IMG/VR virus record: IMGVR_UViG_3300039353_001106
DNA: 64,000 bases
Origin: a virus
Strand: one strand, 5' to 3'
Shown here: in pieces, positions 1-8,856 of the stretch
Layout: each line of letters opens with the position of its first letter
Numbering within the stretch: the first letter of the stretch is position 1
The notes under the pieces: generated by a model
Told to the model about the DNA's origin: nothing
What the model saw: the letters and a program-made list of their open reading frames with translations, nothing else
Database searches by the model: none
Position numbers and translations under genes: made by a program

Positions 1-909
1 CAACATTCTTTCGTTATAGTATTCTTCTAATTTATATAAGAATGCTTCATGACCATAGTCCATTCCAGGAATTACATACTCTGCCATATATTTTCCATGT
101 GGCGAGTTTAAAAAACCTATAGCCTGTTTTTCTGACATTCCTTTATCTTGTAAAACATCTAATGCATCGTTATATGCACTTTGAATATCTCTATCGTTTA
201 GGTCTGACATTTCTTTTAATAGTGCAACATAGCCAAGGTCTTCTCTTGCGTCTCTAATTTTAGCCTCATACATAGGTGTATTTTGGTATTCATACCAAAA
301 TGCCTTTTCCCAATTATCAGTATCAAATTTATAAAAGGCTACAATATCTGCTATTTTATCTTCCTCGGTAGGGTCTGAATTTTCAACTTCTTTTCCTGTA
401 ACGTCTTTATAGTTTTGCATTACGAATTTGGCTACGTCTTTTTCAGAAGGTCTTCTTCCTAATTCCTTTATGACTTTCTTAACTGTGTTATATTTACCAA
501 ATGCCTGATATTCTTCATTTACAAAATTCTTAAAGCTCATGTACAGCATAGATTCGTTTTTCTTTTTCTTAAGCTCTTCTTCACGTTCTTTCTTCTTTTT
601 CTTAAAGTGTTTTTTAGCGTCTCCACTTGGAGAAGATACATCTCCAGATCCTTTAACATTTATTGATGCTCCTGTTCCTGGAAATGAGGTTGCTCCCATT
701 CCTCCTATACTTCCTAAAGTAATATTTTCTTTAACTTTATCAGGAAGATTTTCATGATCTGTCTCTGCGAACTTTTTTAAATCAGCAAGACTCATAGAAT
801 CTGCCAATTCTTTAGCCTTTGCGTTTGCATCTCCAGGTTTCATATCTCCCTTTTTGATGGCGTATGCTAGGCCAAACATTCTCTGTTGTGATTTACTAGT
901 TGCTGGCAT
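1..909 (-). CDS. Putative internal-head protein with DUF3008-like N-terminus (partial, runs off window start)
   Basis: Not in the ORF track. Manual translation from ATG at 909 gives MPATSKSQQRMFGLAYAIKKG...SMSLADLKKFAETDHENLP, then an internal NES-MLYMSFKNFVNEE motif; open for 303 codons to base 1. Confidence 0.8.
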   Translation of the reverse strand, partial: MPATSKSQQRMFGLAYAIKKGDMKPGDANAKAKELADSMSLADLKKFAETDHENLPDKVKENITLGSIGGMGATSFPGTGASINVKGSGDVSSPSGDAKKHFKKKKKEREEELKKKKNESMLYMSFKNFVNEEYQAFGKYNTVKKVIKELGRRPSEKDVAKFVMQNYKDVTGKEVENSDPTEEDKIADIVAFYKFDTDNWEKAFWYEYQNTPMYEAKIRDAREDLGYVALLKEMSDLNDRDIQSAYNDALDVLQDKGMSEKQAIGFLNSPHGKYMAEYVIPGMDYGHEAFLYKLEEYYNERML

Positions 910-924
910 TCTTTTAGTCTTTTT

Positions 925-2985
925 TTACCAAGCAAGATTTCTCTTCTTAAGCTTCTTTAAACGGTCTTTAATGCTTTTAGCGTATTCTAGAGCCTGTTTT
1001 GTATAGTACTTAACTTCCCATTGTCCATCTCCTCTTCTAGAACCTGAGTCATCTCCTTTTTCTATAGCATCTTTTGCACGTTGAATATCCATTTGGTGAC
1101 CAGACCATCTTTCGTAGTCTTGCATCAGGCTACTTGTAAAATTGGTAAGATCGTTTATTCTATAAGGTCTTCCATCTTGGCCTGTTCCCATAATGAGTTC
1201 TCCGTATTTAGATGTCTCTTTCTTTTTAATACCGTCAGACATTAGTTTAGCAATGTCTATAATCGCGTTTTCAACCTCTTTATCTACATCTAAGGTTTCA
1301 GATCTTTGTGTAAGAATCTTTTTGTATCTTGCTAAGTTCGCCTCTTTAAATTCTTTTGGATCGTCAAATGCGATCGCTCCTTCTTTGGCCTTAACTCTTT
1401 GTTCTACTTTATCAATTGAATTTTCAAGACCTTCTGGGTTAATTACGAATGCAGCATCTGCTACGTCTTGAACACGTTTAACACTTCCAAGTCCTGATGC
1501 ATCCCATCCTCTATATTGTTTATTTGTTCCAATATCTGAATTTGAACTCCATCTACTAAAACCTCCTTTAGGGTTTGTTGATAAACTGTGTGTTGTTTTT
1601 CTGCCCTTATAATTAGAAGTTATATACCAAAACTCTTTTCCAGATCCAACTGCTAAAAGACAGTTTGCTGGAAGGTCATTTCCATATCTGCCATCAGAGT
1701 ATGGGTTTTCTTTTTGTTGAGTTGTATAATAGAAAACAAATCCTCTTTGGTTTTGACCATCTTTAGGGTCAATATCTACTATTTGATCGTCTGTTATTTT
1801 ATCTAAAGCCAATTTTGTTTTACCATAAATTGCTTTAAGAATTGACTTAGGAGTCTTTTTCATATCTAAAAGATTTCTAAGTTTAGCACTTTTAAGTTTT
1901 TCGTTTATTGGATCGTAAGTTTCATTAACAAAATCTACAAATGATCTGTGTACCATTTCTTTCATGCTTTTTGCCTGTGTTTTTAGTTGTTTATACTCAT
2001 CTTTGAGGTTCTTTGTATATCTATCAATTCCCCAATTAAATGAAGCCTTAAATATCATTTCAAATGGAAGTCCATTGTATCTTTTACCGTATGACGAAGT
2101 TTGTAACCAATCTAAATATGCCTGAGCCATTTCTTTAGAAAGTTTAATACCTTCAACGTCAGTTGTAAGACCTTTAACAACGTGTTTTAACATTTGAGTT
2201 GCTTTTGCTCTTTCGTTAATTTCTACTGATTCGTCTATTTTATCACCGTTAGGTTTTTTACCGGTCTTAACAGCATAAGAAACTACTTCTTTAGTATTAA
2301 ATGCTGGTTTTGGAGCTTTACCTCCATTATATTCTTTATCCCAGTCTGTGATAGATTTGTCGTCTTCTAAATCAAATTCACCATTCTTATAGGCTTCAAT
2401 TGCGTTCATAGTAAATTGAGAGTCCCAAGATTTTGGTGCCTTAGCCTCATCAAGGTTTATCTGATGAGATGCATCAATTCTTTCAATATCTTTATATGCT
2501 ACTTCGATTTCATCTCCATCTTGGTCAAGAGCAAAAACTGTTTTATCTCCCCACATCTCAGTGTTCTCATCGTTTCCATTATCTGGATTGTAAATAATGT
2601 ATTCCTGTCCTCTATATAAAATCATAGCGTCATCATTCTTTCCGAGTGCTTTAAGAACTGATTTTTTATCGTGGTTTTTTTCATTTACAGGTTGAAGGGT
2701 CTTTGCTATTTTGCTTCCGTATCTAGAAAGAGTAACGTTGTCCTCTTTGATTGTAAAAAATCTCTTGTTTCTTTGAGTCCATTTGTATGCATTTTTTGAA
2801 TGCTTTCCAACTATCTCGTTAAATTCAGAAAGGGTCAATTTCTTGTCCCTTAGTGCTTCAATAATAGAGTTTCTAATGTTTGCTCCCCTTCTTACATTTT
2901 TCTCTGGATGGTTTTCAGTATATCTTCTTTTAATAACTATTTTAGCCTCATCTAAAGATTCTAAGAATTTGTTAAATTTTAACAT
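925..2985 (-). CDS. Putative multi-domain internal-head protein (686 aa)
   Basis: N-terminus MLKFNKFLESLDEA resembles T4 capsid-targeting leaders; repeated V/I/L-x-E sites; late-promoter motif upstream. Confidence 0.65.
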   Translation of the reverse strand: MLKFNKFLESLDEAKIVIKRRYTENHPEKNVRRGANIRNSIIEALRDKKLTLSEFNEIVGKHSKNAYKWTQRNKRFFTIKEDNVTLSRYGSKIAKTLQPVNEKNHDKKSVLKALGKNDDAMILYRGQEYIIYNPDNGNDENTEMWGDKTVFALDQDGDEIEVAYKDIERIDASHQINLDEAKAPKSWDSQFTMNAIEAYKNGEFDLEDDKSITDWDKEYNGGKAPKPAFNTKEVVSYAVKTGKKPNGDKIDESVEINERAKATQMLKHVVKGLTTDVEGIKLSKEMAQAYLDWLQTSSYGKRYNGLPFEMIFKASFNWGIDRYTKNLKDEYKQLKTQAKSMKEMVHRSFVDFVNETYDPINEKLKSAKLRNLLDMKKTPKSILKAIYGKTKLALDKITDDQIVDIDPKDGQNQRGFVFYYTTQQKENPYSDGRYGNDLPANCLLAVGSGKEFWYITSNYKGRKTTHSLSTNPKGGFSRWSSNSDIGTNKQYRGWDASGLGSVKRVQDVADAAFVINPEGLENSIDKVEQRVKAKEGAIAFDDPKEFKEANLARYKKILTQRSETLDVDKEVENAIIDIAKLMSDGIKKKETSKYGELIMGTGQDGRPYRINDLTNFTSSLMQDYERWSGHQMDIQRAKDAIEKGDDSGSRRGDGQWEVKYYTKQALEYAKSIKDRLKKLKKRNLAW

Positions 2986-3013
2986 ATTAGTTTTTTATTT
3001 TTATCTGTTTCTT

Positions 3014-3021
3014 TATATATC
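3014..3021 (-). promoter_or_regulatory. Late-promoter-like motif GATATATA
   Basis: 28 nt upstream of ATG at 2985; one of 15 start-proximal GATAWATA copies. Confidence 0.6.
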
Positions 3022-3025
3022 TTTT

Positions 3026-4651
3026 TTATCTAGACTCTAGTCCTATATTCTTATTAAATGGTTCATTTGCACCGGTTCCTGCACTAAATTGAAACCTTGC
3101 TTCAGCAAAATCTTTAAGTTTAAATTCTAAGCCTGTTGATTTTCCACTTACTAATAAATATAACTGTTGAACTGAACTTACTCTATTTACCATAGAAGAT
3201 AAACCATCAACATACATCTTATTACTATTTATAGTTTTTACTAATTCCATGGATACTGGATAGAAAATAACCCCAAACCTCATAGGGTCTTTTTTCTTCA
3301 TTCTTTTTGTATAATAGGTAGTTGCTGATTTTTCATTTTTACAACCACTAGGTCTAGACCCTGTTCTTTTCCAGAACTCGTCCATTATTTTATACCATTC
3401 TTTTGTATTCTTATTAAAAATTTCATCTACTTTATCATGCAGTTGATTCCTAGATATTTGCATATTGTTTATTCCTAACGTGTCTAAAATATATCGATAT
3501 CCTGTCTTTTTATCATTATATAGAAGACTATTCGCTAAAACGATATTTGTTAGCCACACCATTGATTGTCTTCCAGAATTATCTGGTTCTTTGTCATATC
3601 CTCCATTTAGTTTAGGATCGGCTATTACTTTGATTATATCATCATACGTTTTCTTTTCATATCCATTTAATTCAAAGTCTTTTCCTTTAACCTTTCCTTT
3701 AACTCTATCATTTATTATATTACACATTGCAACTATAGATGGAGTTCCTCCCTTTTTACCTGCTTTTGAAGATATATCCCATCCGTCAAAATGAAAATCA
3801 ACCAATGCTGCATTTGCTCCTTTTGGAAAACTTACTCCCTTTCCAGGGTTTGTAACAACACTAAAGAAAAATATACCGCCTAGTATTTCACCAAAATCAT
3901 TTGCTATTTTTGCTAATGAAACTGAATCTATTCCATATTCTTCTTGTAAATTTTTACCAAAGTCTAAAACAAACTTTTGGGCTCCTTCTTTTAAAAATTT
4001 AGTTAAATTTCCGGAAACGGGTTTAATAGAAGTTTGTTTTTGAGTATTTATTACTAAATCTTTAAGATATTCCATGTAGTTCTTTGGAAAAGTTTGACCA
4101 TATATTGATTCTAAATTTGTTAATGTGGCTCCTACTAATTCATCTGCAGAAGAATATACTCCATTTTCTAAGTTCAAAGCTTTAGGTGTTAATTTTCCAC
4201 CGGAAATAGGAGCTTTTTCTCCATCAGCTGTTTTATTTATATTGCTTACAACACTATACTCCTCTCCTTGTAGGAAATGTTCTGTTCCAATAGTAATATT
4301 TTTAAGAATTATAATTACCACTGTTGGAAACTTTCCAGATAACGCCTTTTCATCTCCCCTTTGATGTATTTCTATTTTAAAAGAATCTTCTGGTAAACCT
4401 GCAGATATTAACATTTCTTTTACATTATCTTCAGGGTCTACTCCTAAATCTGCTCTTAATTGTTCTCCGGTTTTTGGAGATATTGAGGCTCCAGGATAAC
4501 CACTAGAACTCATCCAATTATCGTATGCTGTTTTAAACCATTTTCTTTTATAAACTTGACCTGCTTCATTTAGCACATGTGGAATTCTATCATCAGCCTT
4601 TTGGGCTTCTAATCTATTTAATACTCTTTGAAACTCTACTCTTGTGCTCAT
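3026..4651 (-). CDS. Hypothetical protein, possible PD-(D/E)xK nuclease fold (541 aa)
   Basis: DFGEILG ... FPKGANAALVD-FHFDGWD-ISSK pattern resembles E...PD...(D/E/S)xK nuclease active sites; VLNE site near the N-terminus. Confidence 0.45.
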   Translation of the reverse strand: MSTRVEFQRVLNRLEAQKADDRIPHVLNEAGQVYKRKWFKTAYDNWMSSSGYPGASISPKTGEQLRADLGVDPEDNVKEMLISAGLPEDSFKIEIHQRGDEKALSGKFPTVVIIILKNITIGTEHFLQGEEYSVVSNINKTADGEKAPISGGKLTPKALNLENGVYSSADELVGATLTNLESIYGQTFPKNYMEYLKDLVINTQKQTSIKPVSGNLTKFLKEGAQKFVLDFGKNLQEEYGIDSVSLAKIANDFGEILGGIFFFSVVTNPGKGVSFPKGANAALVDFHFDGWDISSKAGKKGGTPSIVAMCNIINDRVKGKVKGKDFELNGYEKKTYDDIIKVIADPKLNGGYDKEPDNSGRQSMVWLTNIVLANSLLYNDKKTGYRYILDTLGINNMQISRNQLHDKVDEIFNKNTKEWYKIMDEFWKRTGSRPSGCKNEKSATTYYTKRMKKKDPMRFGVIFYPVSMELVKTINSNKMYVDGLSSMVNRVSSVQQLYLLVSGKSTGLEFKLKDFAEARFQFSAGTGANEPFNKNIGLESR

Positions 4652-4654
4652 ACT

Positions 4655-6487
4655 TTATTTTTTAAATTCTGAGAATGTTAATACACTTTCTTCAAGTGCT
4701 CCAACACTCTGTTCTAATTCTGTTTTTAATATTCTAAACATACCATACATCGACTTCGGTACCATTGATCTGTATACCAGCTCTTCTCCATCTAATAATG
4801 AATTTCTTACCTTGGTCGCGCTTATGTTATCATCTGTTCTTGGAATTTCTTCTAGTCTAAAATCATCATCAACTCCTAGGTCTTCTCTGTATTTTGGGTT
4901 ATTTACTTGAAAGCCGTATGTTTTAAGTCTGTCGCTTCCAGTTCCCCAAAGTACTGGTTCGTATTTTGGTCTCAATTCATTAAACATCTTGTCAATAGCT
5001 CCAGTATTTATTACAAATACATTTTCTATTGGATATTCCTTCATGACTTTTTTAATCATAGAAACCTGAAGAGACTCATCAAACGGTCTCTTAAATGCGT
5101 CTTCTTTCTTTTTAGTTTTTGATTTCACTAAGAATATTATAGTAGGAAGTCCATTTTGTTTATGAAGATGCTCAATTACTTTTGCATGTCCTAGGGTAAA
5201 TGGTTGAAACCTCCCAACAAACATATTTACGGGCATTGCTCCTTTCTCTTTATGTCGGACTGAAAGTCCTTCAAGAATAGGACTTGGTTGTCCCTTCAGA
5301 GTATCATTCATTTTAAATTGTCCAAAGTCCATTACATCGGACTCTTCTTTATTTGCAAAAACTTTATTATTGATTTTTTCTACAATTCCATTAAAGGTAT
5401 TTAATAGGTCTAATGTAAAAACATCAGATGGTTTTTGTTTTTCTTTTCTAAAGGTTCCTAAGGTTATTTTATAAAGCTCAGCGACTTCTTTAGAATCGTT
5501 AATATTTTTTATAGTCTGTTGATTATTAATGTATACTGGGTTAAGGTCAAATTCTATTCCTGTTGCAAATTCAGCACTATTAAAATCTAAACCTTTAAAA
5601 GACTCTTCATTTTCTTTTATGAAACCATTAAAACCAGCGCACATCAACTCAATATATCTCTCATCTGTTTTCTTGTCTTCTAGACTTATTCCTTCAAAAT
5701 CAAATTGTTTAAAATATTCTATAAGTTTTACGACTGCTATTTGGTAAGCGTCTGAAGATTTTCTTTCTTCTTTTTGTTCTTTTAAAACAGGTGTTTGAAT
5801 TTTAAAATTCTTTAATGATTTACCTTCTTGGAATGTTATTATAAGACCGTCTATTTCTTTTGTTAGGTCATTATTTAATGTAGTTCTATGGAGATGTTCG
5901 TTAAATACCCTTATAGACCTATATGTAAAACTAAATTCTTCAAAATATTTTTTTGCATTTTCGTTATTAACATATAATAGATTTACAAGCTTTTCTTTTT
6001 GGTGGTCATTTAATGTACCGCTAAAAATAACTTCAGGGCTGTCTACTTCTAATATTTTGCTCCATTTTTCTAGTATAAGTGGGTCTCTAATTACTTTTTT
6101 AACTTTTCCATCTTCAGAAAGTACTTGAATATGGTTTAATATAAGGCTATTTGTAGGAGTCGTATCGTATTCAATATCTACCGTTTTTTCATTAACCATA
6201 TAATCAAACCCAAATTTCCAATCATGGGGCATTTCGGCTATTTTTTCATTTAAAATAGATTCAAAATGTTTTATTCCTTTTTCATAATAGGAGACTATTG
6301 TTCTGTCTACTTTATTTATGGGCTCTTTGTTTCCTGACTTATAATATTCTAAAAGTCCGTTTTTTCTACGAACATGGAAATTACTTGCCTGTATTTTTTC
6401 TGTAACAAGGCAATTTAGATTTAATAAATTTTCAAAGTCTTCTTTAGAACTTTCAATATAATATTTTCTTAAATTTTGTAGTGCCAT
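4655..6487 (-). CDS. Fusion: diverged ATP-dependent ligase-like domain plus HIGH-superfamily (cytidylyltransferase/NMNAT-like) nucleotidyltransferase
   Basis: C-terminal half has MFVGRFQPFTLGH, GSDR and ISATKVR motifs. N-terminal half has EKIQASN, FGFDY, EIDGLII, FKI as diverged ligase motifs I, III, IV, V. Confidence 0.7.
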   Translation of the reverse strand: MALQNLRKYYIESSKEDFENLLNLNCLVTEKIQASNFHVRRKNGLLEYYKSGNKEPINKVDRTIVSYYEKGIKHFESILNEKIAEMPHDWKFGFDYMVNEKTVDIEYDTTPTNSLILNHIQVLSEDGKVKKVIRDPLILEKWSKILEVDSPEVIFSGTLNDHQKEKLVNLLYVNNENAKKYFEEFSFTYRSIRVFNEHLHRTTLNNDLTKEIDGLIITFQEGKSLKNFKIQTPVLKEQKEERKSSDAYQIAVVKLIEYFKQFDFEGISLEDKKTDERYIELMCAGFNGFIKENEESFKGLDFNSAEFATGIEFDLNPVYINNQQTIKNINDSKEVAELYKITLGTFRKEKQKPSDVFTLDLLNTFNGIVEKINNKVFANKEESDVMDFGQFKMNDTLKGQPSPILEGLSVRHKEKGAMPVNMFVGRFQPFTLGHAKVIEHLHKQNGLPTIIFLVKSKTKKKEDAFKRPFDESLQVSMIKKVMKEYPIENVFVINTGAIDKMFNELRPKYEPVLWGTGSDRLKTYGFQVNNPKYREDLGVDDDFRLEEIPRTDDNISATKVRNSLLDGEELVYRSMVPKSMYGMFRILKTELEQSVGALEESVLTFSEFKK

Positions 6488-6497
6488 AATTTTTTTA

Positions 6498-7139
6498 TTA
6501 TCCTATCATTATTCCATTTAACTGATCTGCGAAACCATTAGAAAAACCTAATCTACGGTTTGATAAACCTATTGTAGTATAGTTTGTTCCATAGCTAAAA
6601 TCAAAAGCTATTCCGCCATCGCTACTATTCCATTCTTCAAATACAAAAAATAGCAAATACAATTCTTGCATTATTTTCTCTTTTGTTTTGTTATCAATTC
6701 CACTTCCAATAGTTACTGCTATTATATAACTGTCGCTTCCATTATTAAAATTTACTCTTGGTTGAATATCTCCACTAACTGTCGACCTCATTGTTCCAGA
6801 CCAACCAGCCGCTGCAGGAGTACTAGACTTAGCAACCTCTTCAGGTTTATATTTTGCAATAACCTTTCCTATTTCTGTAGCCAATGACCTTGCATAATTA
6901 GGGTTAAAAAGGTCATAATCATCTCTTTTTGGTGAATATTGTCTTTGGTGATTTTCATAATCAAGTCTATTAGGCTTTATCTTCTCAAGTTCTGCTACGA
7001 TTTTATCATACCAATCTTGTCCACCTGCTAATTGTTCTTTAGCATATTCTAATGACGCTTTGATTTTAGCGGCAATTCCTTTTTTACCAAATTGAATTCC
7101 TTCGTTTAAAAACTGTTCGTATAATTTTGCCTTTTTCAT
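6498..7139 (-). CDS. Putative internal-head protein (213 aa)
   Basis: Leader MKKAKLYEQFLNE-G; late motif 4 nt upstream. Confidence 0.6.
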   Translation of the reverse strand: MKKAKLYEQFLNEGIQFGKKGIAAKIKASLEYAKEQLAGGQDWYDKIVAELEKIKPNRLDYENHQRQYSPKRDDYDLFNPNYARSLATEIGKVIAKYKPEEVAKSSTPAAAGWSGTMRSTVSGDIQPRVNFNNGSDSYIIAVTIGSGIDNKTKEKIMQELYLLFFVFEEWNSSDGGIAFDFSYGTNYTTIGLSNRRLGFSNGFADQLNGIMIG

Positions 7140-7143
7140 AATA

Positions 7144-7151
7144 TATTTATC
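7144..7151 (-). promoter_or_regulatory. Late-promoter-like motif GATAAATA
   Basis: GATAAATA-TATT-ATG; overlaps the TAA of the upstream gene. Confidence 0.6.
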
Positions 7152-8415
7152 TTCCGTATTTTATGATGCCCATGAGCTGATTAATAGCAGCAAATGTTCC
7201 TGTTAATTTCATTATTTTACCTCTGTACTTAAATACAATCCCTTCAGTTGGTACAATACTTTCAATACCTCCGATTCCTTCTAATCTCTGAAGTTCAGCC
7301 TCTATTTTCGCAACCTGTGCAAGATTTCCATTTAACTTAACATCTTGGGCTGCCTTTCTAATTTTAGCATGTAATTTAGTTTTTTCTAATTCTGGGTTTG
7401 CAGCAACAAAATTACTAGCATTCATAAGAACATCTGCTCCTAATTCTAGGAATAGATTTTCAAATGGTAAAATATTTTCTTTATATTTCTTTTGTCTGAT
7501 TTTATCAAACTCTTTAATCTTTTTAAGTTGATCAGCGTCTGCCATCTTTTTTATGGCTACCATATTTAGGGTCTGCTTGTCGCTATATGCCCATCTCAAG
7601 AATAAACCTTCTTTTAGGTCTGCTGTTAAATCACCGAAATTCTCTTCAACTTGATTTCTCCACCAGGCCTCATGATACATTTTAACCTCATCACTTTCAT
7701 CAAGACCGTATTGGTCTCTAAGTTTGTCTATTTTACTAAAATAATATTGTTGTCTTTTTTCAAAGTCTACATTTTTCATTAGCTTAATAACTTGAGGTGG
7801 TATTATATTAAATGTCTTCTGTTGATGTGCGCCAATTTTCTTTAATATTCCTACTAACTCCTTAGCTGGTTTACTGTCTGTATCTGTAATAATTCCTTGA
7901 CCATCTGTATGATTCATATTATGAAATTGAATAACATCTCTATCGTAATTTATTACGTTTGGGTTTTGTGTCCATATTAGTTCCATGTTTATCCATGATG
8001 TTCCATTTCTAAATATCTCTTTTGAATTTTTAATATTTGGAAGTGCCTTATCAAGGTCTTGGGCTGCTAGGGTAAATATTTGTCTGACTTTTTCTACTGC
8101 GTGGTCTGCAAAAGCATCAACTATTCCTGCTAAATCAAGAGGTGCTACTAATTGTCCTTTATTTCTTGAGAACATTGCAATACCATCTTTAACTGTCGCG
8201 AAAAAGTTTTGACCATCTGTTTTTTCAACTGCAACCTCTTCAAAGTTTAATTCTCCTTTAAGGCCTCCAGTAACAATAGTCCTAAAATCAGCAAAAGTAA
8301 GATCGTTATAATCAAAAGGATGGGGCATATGTCCTGCGGCACCACCTTCTAATATTAGGTCTCCTTCTTTTACTTGACTTTTTTCTAATAAAAATTCACC
8401 GTACGTTAATATCAT
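7147..8415 (-). CDS. ATP-dependent RNA/DNA ligase-fold (covalent nucleotidyltransferase) protein with capsid-targeting leader
   Basis: EKTDGQN (motif I), FSRN (Ia), MELI (III), IQFH (IIIa), TEGIV (IV), MKLTG (V); leader MILTYGEFLLE. Confidence 0.7.
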   Translation of the reverse strand: MILTYGEFLLEKSQVKEGDLILEGGAAGHMPHPFDYNDLTFADFRTIVTGGLKGELNFEEVAVEKTDGQNFFATVKDGIAMFSRNKGQLVAPLDLAGIVDAFADHAVEKVRQIFTLAAQDLDKALPNIKNSKEIFRNGTSWINMELIWTQNPNVINYDRDVIQFHNMNHTDGQGIITDTDSKPAKELVGILKKIGAHQQKTFNIIPPQVIKLMKNVDFEKRQQYYFSKIDKLRDQYGLDESDEVKMYHEAWWRNQVEENFGDLTADLKEGLFLRWAYSDKQTLNMVAIKKMADADQLKKIKEFDKIRQKKYKENILPFENLFLELGADVLMNASNFVAANPELEKTKLHAKIRKAAQDVKLNGNLAQVAKIEAELQRLEGIGGIESIVPTEGIVFKYRGKIMKLTGTFAAINQLMGIIKYGR

Positions 8416-8429
8416 AGTTGTGTTTTTTA

Positions 8430-8831
8430 TTATCCGTTGTATAAAAGGTCATTAGTAGATAATACAAATTCAGATATTCCATCCATTGCATCTTCTAAAG
8501 AACCTGTTCCATTGTCATCAACTCCTCCGTCTTCAAGAGAGCTATCAGAACACATCGCCTTCCAAGTGTATTTAGAACCTTTCTTTACAATACTTGCTCC
8601 AATTTTTATATCGCCATTATCTAAATAAAACGACAAACCATCATCACTTACTTCAGAAAATTCAAAGCCTGATTGAGATTCAACATTCTGTGTTAAATAA
8701 TCTACAACTTTTTCTTGTTCTTCGTCACTAATAGGATCGCCTTTTCTTCCAAGACTTCCTAATTCTTTATACCATTTATCGCTTGGTGCCTTTTCATTGA
8801 TAAAATCTTCGAATAGTTTAATGTTTTTCAT
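8430..8831 (-). CDS. Putative internal-head protein (133 aa)
   Basis: Leader MKNIKLFEDFINE-K; acidic C-terminus. Confidence 0.6.
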   Translation of the reverse strand: MKNIKLFEDFINEKAPSDKWYKELGSLGRKGDPISDEEQEKVVDYLTQNVESQSGFEFSEVSDDGLSFYLDNGDIKIGASIVKKGSKYTWKAMCSDSSLEDGGVDDNGTGSLEDAMDGISEFVLSTNDLLYNG

Positions 8832-8856
8832 GATTTTTTTTTATTATTATTTTTTA

